DNA of 45,008 bases from Candidatus Methanophagales archaeon (GTDB lineage: Archaea; Halobacteriota; Syntropharchaeia; Alkanophagales; Methanospirareceae): the NCBI GenBank assembly GCA_028572065.1, contig JAPVWK010000001.1, positions 1-45,008 of the forward strand. The letters are read 5' to 3'. The position numbers and the translations under genes were made by a program. The notes beneath the pieces were generated by a model. That model made no database searches, had not been told where the DNA came from, and saw only the letters and a program-made list of their open reading frames with translations. Positions 39,393-45,008 of the stretch are shown in pieces; position 1 is the stretch's first letter, and each line of letters opens with the position of its first letter.

Positions 39393-40478
39393 ATGGAAAA
39401 GACAATTTGTTTCGACCTTGAAGGACCGTTATCGCCGCAAGATAATGCTTATGAAGTGATGAAGCTAATCGGACAAGAGGGTGCTGCTATATTTGAGGTT
39501 ATTAGCAGGTATGATGATATAATAACTCTTGAGGGCCGAGCGGGCTACGAGCCTGGAGATACACTTGCGTTGGTCATCCCATTCCTTCTGCTGCATGGTA
39601 TAACAGAAGAAGATATAAGAACGGTATCAGAAAGCGCGAAACTAGTAGAAGGGGCGGACTACCTGTCGGAATACTTACGGGCTGAAAATTGGGACATTTA
39701 CATCATCTCCACGAGTTACGAACATCACGCTTACAATATAGGTCGTAAGCTTGGAATTGCGCCCCGAAAAATTATCTGCACGGAGTTGGACCTAGAAAAG
39801 AAGAAGCGGGATATACGAGTACAGGATAAAGACGCTTTCTTTTCTTTGATAAAACAAGCCGAAGAAGAGGTACTCGAGCTTTATTCACGCATGGACGAGC
39901 CGCAATTGATAGCGAATCGTCTGGATGAGTTCTTTTTCCGTCAACTGCATTCTTATGGCTTTGACGTATTCGGGACAAGGGTAATAGGCGGAGAACGGAA
40001 AGCGGAGGCAGTGCGGGCAATAGCGAAAGAGAAGGGCGAGGCACTGAGCGATGTGATCGTGGTTGGCGATAGCATTACCGATTATAAGATGCTGAATGAG
40101 GTTGCAACACACGACGGGGTAGCGGTCGTTTTCAATGGTAACGAATATGCAGTGCCTTATGCCAATGTAGGGCTCGCATCTGTTGATATGAGGTTTCTTC
40201 AGATTTTATGCGCTGCTTTTGACCGTGGCAGTAAAGAAGAGGTGATGGAAGTGGTAACAGAATGGGAAGATAACCGTGATTATTTTGAAACGAATCCAGA
40301 GGATATACCGGATAACTGCATTACTGATGACTTAAGAGACTTAATCCAGAAACAGCAGCTTTCTATGCCCTATTTCCATAATGTCGAGCGTGCCGACGAA
40401 AGAGGGCGAGACGAGATAATAAAGATACATAAGCGTGTAAGAACGCAAGTGAGAGAAGATGCAGGTAAGTTGGGATAA
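39393..40478 (+). CDS. HAD-superfamily hydrolase-like protein (family annotated EhaR-like in methanogens, by recall only)
   Basis: CFDLEGPL is HAD motif I (DxE variant) and VVGDSITDYKM is motif IV. About 361 aa from MEKTICFDLEGP. Confidence 0.5.
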   Translation: MEKTICFDLEGPLSPQDNAYEVMKLIGQEGAAIFEVISRYDDIITLEGRAGYEPGDTLALVIPFLLLHGITEEDIRTVSESAKLVEGADYLSEYLRAENWDIYIISTSYEHHAYNIGRKLGIAPRKIICTELDLEKKKRDIRVQDKDAFFSLIKQAEEEVLELYSRMDEPQLIANRLDEFFFRQLHSYGFDVFGTRVIGGERKAEAVRAIAKEKGEALSDVIVVGDSITDYKMLNEVATHDGVAVVFNGNEYAVPYANVGLASVDMRFLQILCAAFDRGSKEEVMEVVTEWEDNRDYFETNPEDIPDNCITDDLRDLIQKQQLSMPYFHNVERADERGRDEIIKIHKRVRTQVREDAGKLG

Positions 40479-40536
40479 TACCAAGCGGTAACATGTTATT
40501 AGCATCAACGCTTTCTTTGCGATGTGAGGGGAAATC

Positions 40537-40872
40537 ATGGGAAATAAAGAGACAATAGATATAGCCGAGTTTACAAAACTCGACCTGCGAATGGGAAAGA
40601 TAGAGAATGCCGAATTGATAGAGGGCAGCAAAAAGCTGATCAAGCTCGATGTGAATTTCGAGACCGAAACGAGACAGGTGGTTGCCGGCATTGCGGAAGA
40701 GTATAATCCAGAGGATTTGATTGGCGCACTCGTCCCAGTTCTTTTGAATCTGAAACCGGCAAAGCTGATGGGTGTAGAAAGTCAGGGCATGATTTTAGCT
40801 GTAGAAGTAAATGGTAAACCGATTTTATTGCACCCCGATAAAGAAGTGCCTGCCGGCAGCCGAATCTGCTAA
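40537..40872 (+). CDS. tRNA-binding domain protein (Trbp111/CsaA/MetRS C-terminal-like)
   Basis: F.KLDLRMGKI..AE.IEGS.KL.KL.V......RQVVAGIA..Y.PE.L.G..V.V..NLKP.KLMGV.SQGMILA is the classic OB-fold tRNA-binding signature. Confidence 0.85.
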   Translation: MGNKETIDIAEFTKLDLRMGKIENAELIEGSKKLIKLDVNFETETRQVVAGIAEEYNPEDLIGALVPVLLNLKPAKLMGVESQGMILAVEVNGKPILLHPDKEVPAGSRIC

Positions 40873-41041
40873 GCAAAAGATGATCCCACATGGAAGAAAC
40901 GAGCTTGAATTGTACGGGCATCGTATGTCCGACTGGCAGCAGGTACGACCTTCAGCGCGGTTGCTGGTCTATTTCGACCAGGTGACTGAAATAACGTACT
41001 CACATGCAGAGGGTCAAAGATTTATGAAGATACCGTGAAGA

Positions 41042-43009
41042 CTAACTCAGAAACTCGATTTTGTCCACCCAGCCGCAATCTGACCCGAAGCTAGTACTGC
41101 CATCTTTTACGTATCGCCACTTCAGCCTATGTGACCCCGAACTTATTTGATAGCTCCTTTGCTGCCAATCCATGTTACCGCTGATTCTATCCTGACCTAT
41201 ACCATCAATATAGAACTCCAGAAAGTCGAAATACTCCTCGGATGAAGTATTCCAGTAGAAGCTTACGGTGCCGGGCCCCGAAACTGTTGTTTGTAGCCAT
41301 GAGTTTTGGTCGTGAGATATAACACCACTCTGTGCGGCGCTATTGTTATAATAAGCTGTTGATGCGTCTCCAAGCCAGTTTGCAACTCCGCCTGTTATCC
41401 ACGAAAGTGCAGCGTTATCCAAGGCATCTTCTAAACTAAACGGTATTGGGACCGGTGCTGGTGGGGACGTTACGATTGGTTCCGGCGTTGACTCCGGTGT
41501 TGGTTCCGGTGTTGGTTCCGGCGTTGGTTCCGGCGTTGGTTCCGGCGTTGGTTCCGGTGTTGGTTCCGGCGTTGGTTCCGGCGTTGGTTCCGGCGTTGGT
41601 TCCGGCGTTGGTTCCGGTGTTGGTTCCGGTGTTGGTTCCGGTGTTGGTTCCGGTGTTGGTTCCGGCGTTGGTTCCGGTGTTGGCTCCGGTGTTGGTTCCG
41701 GTGTTGGTTCCGGTGTTGGTTCCGGTGTTGGTTCCGGCGTTGGTTCCGGTGTTGGTTCCGGTGTTGGTTCCGGCGTTGATTCCGGCGTTGGTTCCGGTGT
41801 TGGTTCCGGTGTTGGTGTTGGCGCTATACCTGAACTGAACTCCACTTTGTCCACCCAGCCGCAATCTAACCCGAAGCTAGTACTGCCATCTTTTACATAT
41901 TGCCACTTCAACCTATGCGATCCCGAACTTATTTGATAGCTCCTTTGCTGCCAATCCGCGTTACCGCTGATTCTATCATGACCTATACCATCAATATAGA
42001 ACTCCAGAAAGTCGAAATGCTCCTCGGATGAAACATTCCAATAGAAGCTTACGGTGCCGGGTCCCGAAACTGTTGTTTGTAGCCATGTGTTTTGGTCATG
42101 AGATATAATCCCGCTCTGTGCTGCGCTATTGTTATAATAAGAAGTTGTTGTCTCTCCAAGCCAGTTCGCCGTTCCGCCTGTTGACCACGAAAGTGCAGCG
42201 TTATCCACTGCCACGCTTAAGCTAACTATTTTTGGCGCAGGTGTTGGTGTTGGCGTTGGTGTTGGTGTCGGTGTTGGTGTCGGTGTTGGTGTCGGTGTTG
42301 GCGTCGGTATTGGCGTCGGTGTTGGCGTCGGTGTTGGCGTCGGTGTTGGCGTTGGTGTTGGCGTTGGCGTTGGCGTTGGCACCAAAGATACTATCTGAAC
42401 ACTCTTCCCTATACTCCCGGAAGTAATCAAAAATTCACCCGGCGGTACTCCTTCAGAACTCAGATCAAGCTCGAAATCACCGTTTGAATCGGCCTGGACT
42501 TTTAGAGCCATGTCCGTGGTCAGATTCAGAGAAGTTACGCTAGCGGCGGCATTGCCGAATACAGAAACATCTTTTTCGCCGTTGATGTCAACGGTTATGC
42601 CATACCACGTCACAGGAAAGGACATGGAAATCGTGGCAGTGCCACCAGTTGCTGTTTTAGGTCCCTCTAAGGGGTACACTACCGTCTGCCAGAATACAGG
42701 ATGTACCGATATTCGGATGTCCTCTACGTTTTCTGTGGTTACCGCGAAGTTTTTATCACCCTCGGGAAAGTGTAACCCGCTGAAATTATGATAATATTTT
42801 CCTTCTGACACCGGTATCGAGAGCACAAACGAGGTCTCTACCCAGACCTCCTCGTTTGGCGATGCCTTCCCTGATAGAGATACCGTTTCCCCCTCTACAA
42901 CCACATCCGGAGTTATGTTCAAGCCCGTTACAGCCGCGCTTGTGATGGTGATGGATACGAGTATTGTCAGAATTAGTGCACTAACCAATGCAAAGATTCT
43001 TGGATTCAT
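41042..43009 (-). CDS. Secreted repeat protein: signal peptide, N-terminal Ig-like region, (TP)n linker, beta-sandwich module, (EPTP)n linker, second copy of the module
   Basis: 655 aa. The module of about 125 aa (AALSW.TGG.ANWLG....[92 protein letters not shown]) occurs twice. There is no C-terminal anchor. Confidence 0.8.
   Translation of the reverse strand: MNPRIFALVSALILTILVSITITSAAVTGLNITPDVVVEGETVSLSGKASPNEEVWVETSFVLSIPVSEGKYYHNFSGLHFPEGDKNFAVTTENVEDIRISVHPVFWQTVVYPLEGPKTATGGTATISMSFPVTWYGITVDINGEKDVSVFGNAAASVTSLNLTTDMALKVQADSNGDFELDLSSEGVPPGEFLITSGSIGKSVQIVSLVPTPTPTPTPTPTPTPTPTPTPTPIPTPTPTPTPTPTPTPTPTPTPTPAPKIVSLSVAVDNAALSWSTGGTANWLGETTTSYYNNSAAQSGIISHDQNTWLQTTVSGPGTVSFYWNVSSEEHFDFLEFYIDGIGHDRISGNADWQQRSYQISSGSHRLKWQYVKDGSTSFGLDCGWVDKVEFSSGIAPTPTPEPTPEPTPESTPEPTPEPTPEPTPEPTPEPTPEPTPEPTPEPTPEPTPEPTPEPTPEPTPEPTPEPTPEPTPEPTPEPTPEPTPEPTPEPTPEPTPEPTPEPTPESTPEPIVTSPPAPVPIPFSLEDALDNAALSWITGGVANWLGDASTAYYNNSAAQSGVISHDQNSWLQTTVSGPGTVSFYWNTSSEEYFDFLEFYIDGIGQDRISGNMDWQQRSYQISSGSHRLKWRYVKDGSTSFGSDCGWVDKIEFLS
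41060..41420 (-). repeat. 361-nt intragenic direct repeat, copy 1 (partner at 41846-42206)
   Basis: My hand alignment of the two 361-nt segments needs no indels and shows roughly 30 mismatches. Confidence 0.85.
41476..41822 (-). repeat. 12-nt tandem repeat (ggttccggYgtt), about 29 units, encoding (EPTP)n
   Basis: Read directly from the sequence. The units differ almost only at one C/T position. It generates the spurious alternative-frame ORFs 41436..41864 and 41446..41838. Confidence 0.95.
41846..42206 (-). repeat. 361-nt intragenic direct repeat, copy 2
   Basis: See 41060-41420. Confidence 0.85.
42237..42380 (-). repeat. 6-nt periodic repeat (ggYgtY), encoding (TP)n
   Basis: gcaggtgttggtgttggcgttggtgttggtgtcggt... 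runs to ...ggcgttggcgttggc. It generates the spurious ORF 42232..42426. Confidence 0.9.
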
Positions 43010-43055
43010 ACTGTTTCTAAAAGCTAAAAATAAAAAGGTGGAGGATGTGGATTTA

Positions 43056-43868
43056 TTACTTCTTCCTCCTCACTGTTGCACCTACAAGAACGACACTCAA
43101 TAGGCCGACCAATGCAATCAATCCAATTGGCGTTAGTGCTGGTAGCGGCGCTGGGCCTCTGATATGAATTGTTGCTGTACCGCTCTCGAGATTCCCACCT
43201 CCACATGGTGTTGCACTCGCGGTGAAGAGATAAAGCCCTTCCTCTGTTGGGTTCTGCACAAATTTACCGAAAACAATCTTAACACCATCTATTTTTATGT
43301 CTGTACCCGTAGGTGGTTCTATTGTGGCATTCAGATAACCATTCCTCGTCTCCGTTGGTAATGTCACATGCCCTGAAATATTCATGCCTCGGACATTAGC
43401 AGGACCTACATATGTTTCCCCACCGGGATTGTAATCCACGGATATTATGAAATTTGCAGGAGCCCCTCCATCAGAAATTGATACGTTCATTTTCGTTGTG
43501 GGGTTGTTTTTATTTGCAGTAAATTTGACCGTTGCTAACAACGGGTCACCTAGACTAGCAGGATTGACGCCATAGAGGTAAGCTGTCGCTATTAATGGTG
43601 AGTCGCCCCACTGACCACCAAAATCACCAGTGGTAGGTGCTATCGCACCGAATCCCGGAGGCATGGTTACATTTACGATTACACAGTCATATTCTCCTGT
43701 AGCCACATCCACCATGTATGCCGCTCTTTCCCCGGCTATACCGGTATCCGGCGTTATGTCGAGATTAACCGTCGCCGTCACTGCGGGCACGAGTGCTGCT
43801 GCGATCACTACTACCATCGCTGCCAGAACAACACTCGCCTTCATTCCCTTTCGCTTCTCGGTCACCAT
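43056..43868 (-). CDS. Cell-surface protein with signal peptide and C-terminal TP-x-G sorting signal
   Basis: 270 aa. The N-terminus is [24 protein letters not shown]. The C-terminus [30 protein letters not shown] parallels the C-terminus of the protease. Confidence 0.7.
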   Translation of the reverse strand: MVTEKRKGMKASVVLAAMVVVIAAALVPAVTATVNLDITPDTGIAGERAAYMVDVATGEYDCVIVNVTMPPGFGAIAPTTGDFGGQWGDSPLIATAYLYGVNPASLGDPLLATVKFTANKNNPTTKMNVSISDGGAPANFIISVDYNPGGETYVGPANVRGMNISGHVTLPTETRNGYLNATIEPPTGTDIKIDGVKIVFGKFVQNPTEEGLYLFTASATPCGGGNLESGTATIHIRGPAPLPALTPIGLIALVGLLSVVLVGATVRRKK

Positions 43869-43870
43869 CT

Positions 43871-44110
43871 TTATAGTGCCCCCACCACTTCAATTACAAC
43901 GATAGCTAGGAATGCAAATAGTAGCGGATTGATTGCCGCAGATGCAATCCTACCTAAAAACGCTGCTTTTTTGTTCTCGCTCGCACTCAGTAACTCCTTT
44001 GCTATAAGAAGTGCGATTAATGCAACTACACCAATAGCACCAAAAACTGCCGCTTGGCCCATTGCCGTCACCACAGTAGTTGTAGTTGTTGTGGTTACTG
44101 ATGTAAGCAT
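43871..44110 (-). CDS. Small two-TM membrane protein with N-terminal Thr7 run
   Basis: 79-aa ORF ending 2 nt before the start of the 270-aa gene. An AAAGGAGGAAAAC sequence occurs in the upstream leader on the minus strand. Confidence 0.5.
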   Translation of the reverse strand: MLTSVTTTTTTTVVTAMGQAAVFGAIGVVALIALLIAKELLSASENKKAAFLGRIASAAINPLLFAFLAIVVIEVVGAL

Positions 44111-44187
44111 CGCTTTACCCTCCTTTTTTCTTCTCTTTTATATTCCTTTGTTGGCATTGTTTTCCTCCTTTACTGTTCATGCTGTTA

Positions 44188-44206
44188 CATATGTTTGTAA
44201 CACATG
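44188..44206. promoter_or_regulatory. 8-3-8 palindromic operator candidate CATATGTT-tgt-AACACATG
   Basis: 16 of 19 positions are identical to 34954-34972. It lies between the tandem TATA boxes and the 79-aa ORF start. Confidence 0.55.
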
Positions 44207-44230
44207 CTTATAAACATACGCATCAGCAGG

Positions 44231-44290
44231 TATATAAAGCTTTTGCTCTATATATAAACCTTCCGGTGCATATATAAACCTTTCGGTTCA
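44231..44290 (-). promoter_or_regulatory. Three tandem ~20-nt units (first one 19-20 nt), each carrying a BRE-like + TATA box (minus strand: cgAAAGG-TTTATATA)
   Basis: The units are tatataaagcttttgctc(ta), tatataaaccttccggtgca and tatataaacctttcggttca. On the minus strand each reads purine-rich BRE-like sequence followed by TTTATATA. Confidence 0.55.
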
Positions 44291-44676
44291 CCCGCCCCAT
44301 ACCCGCTCGCAAGTAGTATTCGTTAACTGTTAGAGGTGACTGAAACCAAGGACTGAATAGAGGACTGAAATTGTCCAGCGTTCATTTCTAAAACGCCAGC
44401 CTTAGTCTCTGTTTTCACGCACAAAACCGTTTTATCAAATTCTAGCGTGTTAAAGGTAAATAAATTTAGGGGTGGCTTAAGTCTGATAAAAGATTCGTTC
44501 GCAGTATGTTTATAAATCCCTTTTCGCCTTCCCGCCTTTCGTCCCTTTTAATCTTACGATCCGGAAAATGTTCAAGCATTGCCAGCAAGCAATTAGTCCG
44601 GTTCTGTGATTGTATCGCCTTGTGCCATAACGTACTTATTACGAATACGAAAGGATTTGTATTATTTAGTGCAAGC

Positions 44677-44838
44677 CTACTTCTTACCAAGCTTCTCTAC
44701 CATAATACTTTTCCCGCAATTGCTACATTTTACGCGGTAAAGCCGCTTTTTGAAGACCACGCTTGATTCCTGTTCCTCGCTGCAATAGGGACACTTAAGC
44801 TTGTAATTAAATTCTTCCTCGCCTTTTCTACGCCACAT
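44677..44838 (-). CDS. Small zinc-ribbon protein (CPYC-x17-CSNC), 53 aa
   Basis: It is not in the ORF track because it is under 60 aa. The sequence is MWRRKGEEEFNYKLKCPYCSEEQESSVVFKKRLYRVKCSNCGKSIMVEKLGKK. It competes with the track ORF 44730..44936 in another frame. Confidence 0.4.
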   Translation of the reverse strand: MWRRKGEEEFNYKLKCPYCSEEQESSVVFKKRLYRVKCSNCGKSIMVEKLGKK

Positions 44839-44910
44839 AAAGACAGCGCCACTCTTTTCATCATCTCGTTCTGCAGTTTCCTGCTCGTGATGTACGCGAA
44901 ATCCGTTATA

Positions 44911-45008
44911 TCACTCATCTCGATAGGAGGTTTCATATTTCATCACTTTTCCTATTACGAATTGCCGAGCCATATAAATCCCGTCTGTGACTTCCTGATA
45001 CACGGAGA
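44911..45008 (-). CDS. 3' end of a gene running off the window (unknown product)
   Basis: An open frame from the window edge reads ...SVYQEVTDGIYMARQFVIGKVMKYETSYRDE and ends at a TGA at 44911-44913. It is in the same frame as the zinc-ribbon ORF. Confidence 0.3.
   Translation of the reverse strand, partial: SVYQEVTDGIYMARQFVIGKVMKYETSYRDE

Noticed and set aside
40880-41038. A frame of about 53 codons (MIPHGRNELELYGHRMSDWQQVRPSARLLVYFDQVTEITYSH...) faintly resembling a RelE/ParE-type toxin core
   Set aside because: The similarity is limited to a few residues (RLLVYF), there is no antitoxin partner, and there is no clear start context. The track ORF 40811..41038 overlaps the end of the tRNA-binding protein gene.
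41436-42426. Long ORFs in alternative frames or on the opposite strand across the EPTP/TP repeats (41436..41864, 41446..41838, 42232..42426), encoding poly-(TGTN) or poly-(LVPV) peptides
   Set aside because: They are by-products of the 12-nt and 6-nt periodic repeats. The frame encoding signal peptide, modules and linkers (41042..43009) is the coherent one.
1-45008. The idea that the window is part of a Borg-like or other giant extrachromosomal element, because of the many perfect tandem repeats
   Set aside because: Genes lie on both strands. The content is dominated by core metabolism (fwdDBAC, purL, grpE, tRNA thiolation, transporters) at moderate G+C. Only the 22.3-30.3 kb block looks foreign. 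A chromosomal origin is the simpler reading.

Overview
This 45-kb window looks like chromosomal DNA from a methanogen/ANME-type archaeon, Methanosarcinales-like by gene content. Supporting markers are a formylmethanofuran dehydrogenase operon (fwdDBAC), an H4MPT-linked C1 gene, a PGF-CTERM sorting signal, BRE/TATA promoters and a group II intron remnant. No database search or alignment tool was run, so every family call rests on motifs read by eye from the supplied translations and the DNA.

Layout:
- 1-1700: a GyrI-like gene followed by mobile-element debris, namely a DDE transposase fragment and a 5'-truncated group II intron with a textbook domain V.
- 1876-5976: a tandem array of four paralogous polytopic membrane proteins interleaved with two paralogous K/E-rich lipoproteins. 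Three of the four membrane paralogs carry the same conserved TATA box.
- 6181-22271: housekeeping and metabolic genes. These are a BofA-like protein, a CooT-like protein, an H4MPT-linked C1 protein, grpE, a large repeat-containing membrane protein, a Liv-type binding protein with PGF-CTERM, a HyuB gene carrying an in-frame TAG, a SEC-C protein, livM, livG and fwdDBAC.
- 22300-30340: a markedly AT-rich accessory island.
- 30364-45008: purL, a secreted papain-like protease, znuB-like, TtuA/NcsA-like, an Upf1-like SF1 helicase, a HAD protein, a tRNA-binding protein and a three-gene cell-surface operon with large intragenic repeats.

The most interesting object is the core of the AT-rich island. 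It is a five-gene, translationally coupled cassette: C5-cytosine methyltransferase, PRTase-like protein, 688-aa P-loop NTPase, Rossmann-like protein of unknown function, and a Mig/MutY-type glycosylase. I cannot match this cassette to any named R-M or defence system. Decayed AbiEi/AbiEii genes lie next to it.

A second recurring signal is a dispersed intergenic repeat family. It has 10-nt phased AATCYGYGTR units and a CTGCGTCCTAAATAGTTAGAAGTTGTAC core, with five well-defined copies plus weaker partial ones. One copy truncates abiEii and encloses a GxxExxY-gene remnant.

A shared 8-3-8 palindrome sits upstream of two secreted-protein transcription units. No rRNA gene, tRNA gene or CRISPR array was seen.
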